A DNA stretch of 64,000 bases from Lama guanicoe (lineage: Eukaryota), in the NCBI GenBank assembly GCA_013239625.1, contig MU053468.1:62001-126000 (forward strand). The letters are read 5' to 3'. Every line of letters begins with the position of its first letter. The first letter of the stretch is position 1. The notes under the pieces were generated by a model. The model made no database searches. It saw only the letters and a program-made list of their open reading frames with translations, and was not told the origin of the DNA. The position numbers were made by a program, and so were the translations under genes. Shown here in pieces: positions 13,407 through 24,700 of the stretch.

Positions 13407-13978
13407 GGCGGTGAGTGCAGGCCAGGGGAGCTGAGGGTGGGACTCCTTGGGGGAGGGAAGGGGCGGGGTTAGCAAAGAGGGGGAGCATTCGGCTCATGAT
13501 GGGGGAGATTCTGGAAGCAGGGGCAGTTCCTTATGAGTCACCTGCCCAAGCACATCCCAACCCTGGGTTTGGTCCTCTTCCTCCCGAAATGTTGCCTGAA
13601 TTGACTGGTGGATCCAGGGCAAGGGAGGCAGGCTCCCTCTTCCAGTAAATTGGCTCCCCCTTCTTAGAAGGGCTGGGGGCATAGGTCAGGGATGGACGGG
13701 CCAGGAACTCCCTGCTCTGTTCCGGATTCTGTCCTCCGGAATCCTCCTCCAAGTGCCAGGTCCCGACAACTACTTGGACCGTTCTCTGAGCCTGGCCTCT
13801 GGGGGCTGCAGCTTCCCAGCAGTGCAAGATCTAAGGTCACTGCCCCCACGCCTTGGCTCCAGTAGACCCTTCCTGCCACCAAGCGGAGAAAGGCCGGTTT
13901 CTCCAAACAGCGAGGAATGTGTAGGAGGGAAACTCTGGAACTGGCCCCTACCTCTGATCTCTGACCCCCTCCCTCCAG

Positions 13979-15585
13979 GTGCCGCTGGGACAACGAAGAA
14001 CCCTTGCTCCTACCTAGTCTGGGAGGTGTCCCACGGCATCCCGGCCCTGCTGGGCTGTCCCGAAGCTTTCCGTGTGACCCACAGCTGGGCACCCACCGGC
14101 TCTGGTCTGGGACTGCTGAGTGGCCGTGGCTCCCAGAGGCCATGTCCTCGACTGACCTGGAAGGCTATGTCTGTTGGAGCCACGCTGTCAGACTCCCAGG
14201 CCTGGGTCTGGGCTGCAGGAGTCCTGGGGCCCAGGAAGAAGACAGACCCCGGTGGGTGCGTGGGGAGAGGCTGGCCTGTCCTCGGCCTATGTGATCCTGG
14301 GGACGTCTCTGCCCTCGCCAGACCGTGGGGCCAGGGGGCTGGATTTTCCTACCCAGCTTGCTGGGCAAGGCACTATCTGCAGCTTGGAAGATCCAACAGC
14401 CCATGGACTGCACAGAGAAAGGGTGGCCCAGGCTGCAGGGCGGCGCTTCAGGCTCTGAGGCGCCCTTAAGGGCCTGGCCCGTGAGGACTACAGCTTTTCA
14501 GCTAAGCCTCTGACCTCGGGGATGTTGGACTGGGCACTTCCAGCCAGGCTGGTCACTCTGGAGGACAGCTGTCTTCCCTACCTTGAGCTGGCTGTCAGCT
14601 CAGCCTGGAGGTCTCCCAGGTGGGGACCATCCCCAGACTTGGAGTGGGCATCACCAGGGGTGAAGGCCTTGGTGACAAAGACAGACCACTTGTGCCCCAG
14701 GCTTGAGACCTTTGGGGGTTCCCCACCCCTAACAGGGCTCCTTGGATCCACTGTAGCACCCCACTGTCCATCTCCTCCATGACCCCCCCCCCACAGAAGC
14801 CAGGAACTGACTCCTGCCCCCAGGCTGGGCCCCTTTCCAGGGGCAGGGCACAGGGGACTGTTCCCAGAATCCATGGGGCAGCAGCCAGGGCTCTGGCTGC
14901 CAGAGGAAGCAGCCATCCACTAAGCTTCCTGTCCCAGGGATTAGCCTGGTAGAGGTTGAGGCCCATGGGGAGAGGCCAACGCCCTGAGCCACCTCCATGC
15001 AAACACCGGCTGCTGCTTCCCCCACAGCCCAGGACTCACCCAGCCTCTGACCATGCCTCCCTAGTCGCCACGCACCAGGGTGCAGCTGCCAACTTCACAC
15101 CAGGCTGCCGGCCCCTGGGGTGGAACTTAACCATCCTCTCTGCTCCACACACTCCCTCCCTGTACCTTCACTGGAATCAAGGTGGTTCTGGTCTGGGGAC
15201 GCCCCTGTGGCCAGCAGGAGTCTCTCAGAGCCAGCTTCAAGCTCTCTGCCTGTAGTTGCTGGCATGGCTTCAGTGGTGGGTAAACTGGTGGAATACCCAC
15301 TCCCCATCAAGCTCTGGGGCACCCTGCGGGGCCTGACTAGGGAGGGGTGGGATCCCCCAAAGACCAGCCTGGCCTCCACTCCCACCCCGGCCTCAACTGG
15401 GGCCCCAGCAATGTTTTCTTGTTGTACAAGAACCAGGTCTGTGTGTTGCTTCCTCTTCCTTCCGGAAGCCAAACTGCTCCTTTATTTTTTAGAGCTGCTG
15501 ATTGTGAATCTCAGAGTCTTAAGAGAGAAGCCAAATATATTCCTCTTGTAAATGAAGAAATAAAGCTATTTAAATCATGCCCTGG
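13979..15585 (+). other. SPNS2: SPNS2 terminal non-coding exon (3' UTR)
   Basis: Donor GTGAGT at 13411, four bases after the stop codon; pyrimidine-rich acceptor ending AG at 13977-13978; AATAAA at 15559-15564. The 3' end is approximate. Confidence 0.75.
15559..15564 (+). terminator. SPNS2 polyadenylation signal AATAAA
   Basis: Canonical hexamer at the end of the SPNS2 3' UTR, preceded by TGTA. Confidence 0.8.
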
Positions 15586-15793
15586 TGGCTCCTGCAGCAA
15601 AGCAGCCTAAGGGTGGGGAGGGGGCACGAGGCGGGGTCATCCTAACCCACCCAAACACCAGCGCATCGGGACCTCTCGGGGGGCTGGCGGCAGGCCCTCT
15701 CCCCACAGTGCTGGAAGTGGTACCTCAGACTGGTTTATCAAAATTGCGATGAAAAAATCGGAGTCTCTAGGGTGAGTGGGGCAGGGCTGGTGT

Positions 15794-18700
15794 TCAGAGC
15801 TTCCTCACCTTTCTCAGCTGGGCCTTCCTCTTGGCCCCGCTCTGGAGGAGGCTGGGGCTCCTGCTGGCCAGAGACAGCCTGGCCTTCCTCCGTGGCAGCG
15901 CGGACTGCGGTGACTTGCCCGAGACCCCCTTTTTGGGCAGATTCTTCTGATGCTTTTTGCCAGCCGGCTCCGTGGGGGACACAGGGGACACAGGGGTGGC
16001 TCCATTTACCTGGGACAACTTCCGATTTTTCTTCTGTGGTTTTGAGGTCTTGGCAGGGATGTCGGGGCTCGTGGCAGGAGGGTCAGGGGCTGGACTCTTG
16101 GTAGGTGGCGTCCCATTCACCTGGGACTGGGCTGGGACCTTGGACTTCATCTTGTTTCTCTTCTTCTTGCCAGTGCTGGGGGGCTGAGTCCCATCAGTGG
16201 CTGCGGGCTTGGCACCCTCCTCCTGCGTGGCACCCTCAGACTTGCGTTTCTTGCGCTTCTTGGTCTCTGGCAAGAACCCCTTTTTCTTGCGCTTCAGGCT
16301 AACGGGGCTCTGCACGTCCTTAGGGACTTCCTTGGCATCCTTCTTCTCTGACTTGGGGCGCCTAGGAGGAAGTGAGCAAAGTAAGGAAGCGTGCGGAGAG
16401 GGCAAAATGACTTCAGCCTCTGTGGTCCCCAAGCTGCCCAGAGCTCTCATGGTGGGGTGTGCACATCAGAACACGGGCAGCATGAGGACTTCCCAGCCCC
16501 TCCCAAGGTGGGAGCCCCCATCCCTAACGTACTGGACTCCGAGGACCTTCATGGCCTGCCAGTACAAGTCGTGGAGGCGGCTGGACCCGGTCGGGTGCTC
16601 CCCCTGCTGCAGCCTCTGCTGCTGGCTCTGCAGCACGCCCAGGGTGGCGGTCAGGTCCACGGTCAGCTTCTACAGAGGGGCGGGAAGGCTGTGGCTGTAG
16701 CGGTGACCAGAGGCCTCTCCCTGGCCACCGGTCCCTATCCTCCCACCCTTGCCCAGTTCACGCCTTCTGGGAGCCCACACCCCCCCCTTGTGGCCCCTCA
16801 GCCACTCCTTCTGCCGTAAATCACTAGTCTTTTACCCCAGGAGGGACAGAGGCCCAGGTGCCAGGTTCTGTTCTCTTCTCCCACAGCCAGGAGGCCCTCC
16901 CACCATGGAAGGCACCACGTAGTGACGTCATGGTCACCAAAGCCCTGCTTCCCATCTCCCCATCCCTGTCATGTACTGAGTGGGTTATTTCTGAAACCCA
17001 TAGGCCTCCAGAACACCCCTCTGCTGGTTTTTACTACCACTCTGAGCACAGCTTTTCAAGCCCACCTGCCATTCTCAAAGCCCTGGCCCCGTCTCCCCGC
17101 TGCCGCGCCCTCTTGGCGAGCTTACCCCGCACCTGGGCTTTGACCAGTGTCTACACTAAGAACCCCCAAACCTTTCCCTTTGGGCCAGACCTGGGGGGAA
17201 CTACTCACCCACAGCTGCCTCTGGGCCCCCACCCTGACGGCCCACCAGCACCCCCCACTTCGCAGCCCTGGACACCTGGGCTTCCTCCTAACAGCTGCCC
17301 ACCAGGCATCTCCATCGCCACCTCTCGCGGTGGCCAGCGCTCCCGCCCCTTCTCAGCTTTCTTACTGGAGCTCAGTAGTAGCAACTGGCCAGGCATGGGT
17401 GCGACACTCTCCTCTCCCAGATTACAAAAAAAAAAAAAGCCCAGATTCCTCACCTTGCCATCCAGAACCTTCCTCACGTGGCTCCCCACCTGCCCCCAGA
17501 CCTTTGCTCAGGCTGCTTGCTCGGCCTGGTGACCTCCCTCCTGAGCCCAAAGCTCACCTCATGATGAATGTTCTTGAGGAGAGTGTTGAGCAGCTCCAAG
17601 GAGGACAGCTCCTTCTGCTGCTCCGACTTGGTCTCAGCCTCACCCAGTGTCCGCAGGTTCTAGGGAGAAGGCGGCCAGGCTGAGCCACTCCGGAGAGCTG
17701 CCCGAGGCCTTCCTGTCTCCCACGTCAGAGACGAAGGCCCCGAGGGAAGAAACACCAAACCCACCCGAGGTGCGGAGTACCAGCAATTCTCAGCCCTCAG
17801 GTCCCAGAGAACTACTGCAGGTGGGGGTGTGCGTGGGGGTCCCCCGTGGCTGTTACCTCAGTGACCTTTGCCAGGATCTGACCCATCAGCTGCTCCCACT
17901 CAGGGTCCTTGAAGCACAGTCTCAGCTCCCGTGTGGGCAGGGTCTTCTGGAGCAGCAGGCAGGCCTGGGCCTGGGGTGGGGGACAGTGTGGTGACCAGCA
18001 GCCCTGGCATGTGGGGCCAAGGCTTAGGGAACTACAGGGGGACCCCATGAGCTCTGGGAGCCTGCTGGGCACCCGAGCAGGCTGAGAAAACTCTAGGCTA
18101 TGTGGGGGGGAGCTGCCTGCTTGCTGCTCTGGGTCCAAGCTCCCTGGGTTGTCACCACAGAAGCTCTGGGCTCAGCAACCAACTGCTCCTGCCCCATTTC
18201 CTCTGGCAGGTGGGAGACCTGGCCCTCTACTACTCGGTGCAGCTTCCTCCAACTTCTCCAGCCCCCAGGCTTCCCCCGTGCAGGCCAGAGCATGAGCTCT
18301 GAGAAGCCAGAGGGCCCGGGGCATGTGGGAAGTGTCCCCCACCCTCAGCTACTCTGGGCCTATAGTCGGGGGTGGGGTGGGTGGCGCTGGCCAGGGCAGA
18401 GGGGCAAGGCCCACCCTCCGCCCCCCAGGGCAGCATTCCTGGGCCTCGCGAACAGCCAGCCAGAGATGAGTCAAGCGGGTAACTCAAACAGGCCCTGGAC
18501 TGGGATATGGGCAGCCCCTTACCTGATGGCGGGACCGTGTGGGGCTTGCCACATGCTCGACCACGATGGGGAGCAGGCTCTTACAGAGCATCTGGGGAGA
18601 GAAAGACAGGGCTGTGAGGCGGCTGTGAGGGCTGGGCCCAAGCGGGGGCCCCACAGGGGTGGCCTGGCCCGACACTCACCGGGTGCCGGGTGAAGAGGCT

Positions 18701-21700
18701 GAGGAACATCGGGACGGTGAGCGGGCTGTTGCGCTTGGTCAGGAAGGAGCTCAGTGCAGATGAATAGACCGGGGTCACGAGGCTCAAATCCAAGCAGCTG
18801 GCAGCCTGGGCCAGGTGAGAGAGAGCTGCTGTGATGCCAGGGGTAGGGGCCCCTGACATGGGGGCAGAGCCTGGCTGCCTTCAGAAGGCTGGAAGCTGGG
18901 TCCCAAGGAAGGCTCGGCCTCAACTCCCCATCTGTGAAGCGAGGGGATGGTCCCACCGCCGCCTGGGACACGCTCCCATCTGTGGACACTGGACTTTCCA
19001 GGCCAAGTCTTCCCGGGCCAGGGCCTGCTCACCTCTGGGCCCTGGGGCTGGGTGCTGGTGTCAGCGCTGGCTTTCTCCTTCTTCTGGGCCTTGTGGGTGG
19101 ACTTGTCCACAGTGTTGCCCTTCAGGACCCGGAGCAGGTAGAGGGCGGCGTTGAAGTAGTAGAGGGAGATGGAGGAGTCAGCCTGGTGGCCGGCCTGCTG
19201 CACCAGCTGCTCTAGCTGCGTATACAGAGTCTCCACGCGGTCGCCCAGGTCGCGGCAGTAATGCCGGGAGCGGCACAGGTGGTGCCTGTGGAGAGGAAGC
19301 GGGCAGAGCTGGCTACAACGTCCTCTCCCTGCCTTGCTCCCTGCCAAGCAGAGCCAAGCCCCAGAGTTGGCACCCCGGATCCCATTTCACAGGCAGGAAA
19401 CAGACACATAAAGAAAGGGGTCTGATTAAAGCTGCTGGAGGAGGCCCAGGGCCACATGTGGATCTGCCTTGAGGAAAAGCCAGAGGAGAACAGGCCTCCC
19501 TGGGTGAGGCTCCACAATGGACCAACACCCCCCCTTGCTTCACATCTCCCCCCTGCACCTGTCTCTTGGGGGACAGTGACTCCCAGGCCCTTTGTAAAGC
19601 AAAACCAGGGTCTGTGTGCTCAGCACCCTGGGTGGCTGGGCAGAGTTGAGATGAGAGACAGGATACTCAACAAACTCAACATCGCCCAAGCAGGTGGCGG
19701 GGAGAACTAGCGAAGAAGTGACCTGGGGCCAGCAGGGGAGGGGGGCATCCGGCCCTCCTCACCCACCCTGTGCTGTACACTTGGCCTCTCAACTCCTGAG
19801 CCTTTGTCTCCGCCACCCTCTCTGCTCTCTGGAAGGCACGGCTCAATTTGCCACCTGCTTCGTCTCTCATTATGTGCTCGAGCACAGCCCACCCTGCTAC
19901 ACCTTTCCTAAAAGACAAACCAGCCCCGCGCCCTGCCCATGTCTTGGTGTGAATACCTATGAGGGCCCCGATCCTGCCAGGCCTGGGCCACAAGGCCTCT
20001 TCTGTTCCCGTTGCATTTGACTAGCTTCCTTCTGGACATGCCTTCCTCCCCTGCCTGTGGCCTCTGGACCTGACTAGCGCTACAGCTCCCAGTATTGCTG
20101 ACACCTCTCCCAGGGGGCCTTTTCTGGCACCTCAAGACTGAGTTAGGTGTCTCCACTGTTTCCTATCCACTCCCTACTACAGCCCCAGGACGTCACTGCT
20201 GGCGACCAGTCTGGTTTCCCAACCGCAGTAACCATGAAAGCAGGGCTGGGACTAGGGGGCCCCAAGGACTGTGGGTCTGATACAGACCCTGTGCTGATAG
20301 TCGCAGGACAGATGGATGAACGAGGGCTGCGTGACAACTAGTGAAGTGTGCCCCCTAGGGCAGCCAAGGAGGCCCACTCAGGGATCCTGGCTCCCACCCT
20401 TTCCATCTGGGAAGCCCCAGAGGCTCGGCTTCCCCGGTGCCCATGGCGCTCACGTGAAGATGCGGGCCGTCTTGTGCAGGAGGTCCTGCTCCTGCTTGGT
20501 GCTGCTGGTGCGCATGCTCCGCCGGATGATGAGCAGCAGCGGCTCTAGCAGGTCCAGGACCAGGGGGTTTTCGGGCTGCTTCGTCACCAGCACTTCAATC
20601 AGGTCCAGGACCTGCGGCCGCAATGGGTGGGCTCAGCCAGGTGTGGGGATGGGAGCAAAGGTGGGGCGACTAGACCCGAGGACCACGGTGGTCCGGTGGG
20701 CAGCTGCAGGCTCACCCTGATCTGGAAGTCCCGCCGGAGCACCTTCTCCTTCTGCAGCTTGTTCTTCTCGTCCCTCCGGGCCTGGATGCGCAGCTTCTGC
20801 TCGGCAAAGAGGCTGGCCAGGTTCTCGTCCAGGGCCATCATGGCCTCATCCCCCAGCTCCTCCTCCTCATCATCCTCGCCGTCCGCTCCGCCCTGAGGGA
20901 CAGACGCTGTGAGCAGCCTGGCCGCGTGTGGGCAGATGGACCCAGGAGCCCCAGCCGGGTGCCTGCTCACCAGCGCCTTCCCTGCCTGCAGCACCGCCAT
21001 CAGCTGCTCCCGGAAGCCCTGGTCCACGTCCCCGTCCAGGTCCTCCTCGTTGCTCTCCTCCTCATCGCTTTCCTCCTCACTCTCCGAGTTCTTGCTGCCC
21101 TTGTTGTCCTCGCCATCTGAGCTCTTGTCCTGTGGGTTGGCCGCCGTGTGTCACGTCTCCCCATCGCCCACTGCGTCTGCCCAGCTGCCCTGCCCCTCGC
21201 CGGCAAGTACCTCCTCATCCTCCAGTGGCTTCTGCTCAGAGTCATCCATGACCACCACGTTGTCGTCCTCGTCCTGGCTCCCCTCAGGTTTGAGGACCTA
21301 TAAGGATTTCCAGACTCATCTACTGATCCTGCCCCTTCACCCGCTCTGTGACAACCAGGCCCTGCTGACTGCCTTTGCTGACCACGCCGTCTAGTCCTGG
21401 CCAAAAGGCCTCTGTTTCGGGGAGGAAAGCAGAGCCCAGGAGAGAAGGCCACTCCCTCTAGCACCTCCTTTAGACCTGACAACCCCTTGGCACACACTGT
21501 ATCAGGCAGAGTCTGACAGAAGCCCTCACCACCGTGCAGGTTATGTGAGGACCAGGGGTGAAGGGGCAGCCCTGGTGCAGCCTGGTGCTTGGAGAGCCCC
21601 ATCCTGGGACCCACTTCCCCAAAGGCCTCGACTTACATCAAGGATGAGCTGCAGGGCACGTGGAGTCAGGTGGGAGCAGACATGGCCAAACACGTTCCGG

Positions 21701-24700
21701 GCCACCTGGCGCATCAGGTGACTGGGCTGGGCCAGGAGAGCCAGCAGGATTTCCACCAGCACCTCCACCCACGGTGGCTCCTGGAGGCCTGCAAGTAGAG
21801 AGAGGGCTGAGTCTGGGCAGGGCACCACCACCCCATGCTGGGTCCCAGCTGTGCCCAGAACCTGCCCCTGCCCCTCTCCCCGGAGCAATGACCCACCGGT
21901 GGCCTTGGAGCGGGTCCGGCGAGGCTTCTCCCCCAGGCTCTTCTTGATGCAGGTCTGGATGTCACCCAGCAGGTCACAGCTCTCTGCAGGGGACTGTGTA
22001 GGGCAGGATTAAAATCAGGAGCCAGGCTCTGTTCCCAGCCCTTGCTGAGCCAGGGGAGGGGTAGCCAAGTGAGAGGAGCTGGCATCTGAGGTCTTAGAAG
22101 ATTCCCCACTGCCTTGGCTGGTCACCCTCACCATCCAGAACAGAGGAGCCCAGCCAGACCCCAGGAGTCCAAGAGCTGATGACCTCTTACACTGAACTGC
22201 AGTCATGGCCTGAGAGCCCTCAGGGAACACGGCGCCCAACTTCCCCATCGGTGCCCAGCCTCCTAGTTCGCAATTCTAGATTTTCCCTCCCACACCTGCC
22301 TTGATGTCGTTACAGAAAAAGAACTGAAAACCATTAATTTTAACAAGTTTAAACTGAAACCAATTTAAGCCCATCTTGCCAGGGGATAAACCCAGAATCC
22401 AGTTACCAACCAGTGAGTTGAAATTAACGTGTGTGATCAATGGTACCCAAAAGGCAGACTTCTTCCCTATAACGTGGTGGGTGGCTTCAATGTTTGGGAC
22501 AGGAGTGGCAGAATGAAGGCCAGAACAGGGGCCCAAAGCCCTGGCCATCTATGTCTCCAGCTCCCCTGCTGTGGCTGGGCACCTCTAACCCAAGCCAAGC
22601 TCCAGGCGCCCAGTGCCAAGGATTGGAAGGGGCGGCGTGGCCAATCCATCACCCACACAGCTTGTCTACGAGTGGGGCTTGGAGTGACCGGGGCCTGAAA
22701 GCAGAAACCACAGCCACGAGGCCAGAAGGAGCAACTGAGAGCGCTGTCTAATCAGGCTCCTTAAGAGTTCGAGGGCCTCACACAACTCGCAAGGAAAACT
22801 TCTAGAGAGACCAGGGTTTGGAGTCAGGAGGAAACCACACAAGGGTCAAAAGAGTTGCTGCCGTGAGCGCCAAATGTGGTCAAGGCTTCTTGGTGGAGAG
22901 AACAGAGAGACAGAGCTGGTTCCAGAGGACCCGTTATTAGAAGGAGCGTGAGTGACAACACGAGGAACACTGTGACAGGAGCAGAACCCCACGTGGGGAG
23001 CACCAGACAGAAACACGCTAACCCCAACCCACTACCATGGATTCCGGGTGGGTGAGAGTTAAACAGAAAAATCAGGACCCCACTTCTAACTGACTGTGAC
23101 AGACAGAAGGAAGCAGCGCCCCCTCTCTCTTTACATTCACCACCTCTGGTCAGTAAGGCAGTTTAGGGAGGCCCTGTGAGATAGTGGAGTCAGACCCCTA
23201 TGCTTGAATCCCAGCCAACAGCTGTGTGGCCTGGGGTAAGTTACTTTGCCTCTCTGAGTCTCAGTTTCCCTACCTGTCAAACAGAAGCACCTGCCTCATA
23301 AGTGTGGGGATTACAAATAAGTGATGCTGCAGGGAAAACTCCGGATGTAGCTGGTGCCCACTAAGCAGGTGGAGTGATTGTTCGAGCTGGAACTCCAGTC
23401 AGGAGCAGCTGGCCTAGGAAACCTCCCCATTCCAACTCCCTAGAGCCTCTCTTGTCCACCACTGACCCCAGGTCCCTGACCTCCCTTCCAGGCCGCTGTA
23501 CCTTGAAGAGGTGGATGCCCACCAGGAGTAGCAGGTGCTGGAAGGCAGCAGCCTTGGCCTTGGCCTCTGAGGACCGTGCGTCCACTTCCTTCAGAGTCTT
23601 TAGCATCCTGGGTGAGACAGGTACACTCTTAAGCCCCTGAAGGCAGTGTCAGACCCCAGAGCGCCCTGCACATGCCCTGGAAACCCCAACACCCTCTCAC
23701 CGGTCCCAGGCCTGGCGCTGCTGAGTGGTGAAGGGCGTCAGGGGAGCCACGCTGCGGCCATGGCTCAAAAGCATGTCTGCAAACTGCACCAGGCGATGGG
23801 TCCAGAGCCTCCTGTCCTGGGTCTGCTCCGGCGCCTGCCTGAACTGTGTGCTGAGGGTCTGCAGCAGGCTGGTGGTGGTTGGAGGGAGGAGAGTCAGTGT
23901 CATGGGCTGGTGAGCACGGCCACCTCTCTCCACCCCCACGCCCTGACTCACCCCAATTCTCTGGGCTGCCGCTTACAACTAGAGGGGGCAGTGTTCCCCA
24001 GGCCCCCTTCCCACCTGCTCGCCCACTCTCAGACCTCCCCTCCAAGCTGCCCAGTGCCCACCTGAAGAAGGCATTGCCCACCACCTCCCGGGTCCGGCTC
24101 TCCAGAGGAGGGGAGAAGGACTGCTCAGTTTCCGGGATCTGGGACGTGGGCTTCTTTGTCTCAAAGAATGAGTGGAAAAAACAGAACCTGGGGAGGACAG
24201 AATAACCCGTGTTATCTTGGTGGCCAGGCCACCACTGCTTCTGCCAGCACGGCTGCTGCTCTCAGGGCTGTGGTGAGGGCGAAGGAGCTTCCGGCCCAGA
24301 GGCGCCCCCAACACCGTCGATGCACAAAGGCATCCGGGGAGCGCAGAGCCAGCCGGGGGCCTTTGCTGCCCCTGCAGCCCCACACTCCTTGGGTCCCTTC
24401 CTTCCGTGAGCTCCCAAAATGCCTTTCCCTAAATCTCTTTCTGCCCCAAGAGGCGAGGATGGCCTGCTTCCTGTGACGACTTGATCCCCTCTGGCTTCTG
24501 GCTCCAGGGGGACCTAAACCAGGATTAGGCAAGAGGCCCAATTCTTCGGCTGCCACACCCATGGGGAGCTGGGGTTCAAGCATGTCTCAGTACCTGGCCA
24601 CCTCCTCAGTCAAGGCCTCCTCCTTCTCCCCGTGCAAGTTGTCCACGACGCTGACCAGGCGAAGGATGATCCACTTCCGTAGCCGGAACACAGCTCGCTC

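Noticed and set aside
13753..14469. 238-aa ORF in the SPNS2 3' UTR region
   Set aside because: Non-ATG start, Pro/Gly/Ser/Trp-rich composition typical of GC-rich non-coding DNA, no family resemblance.
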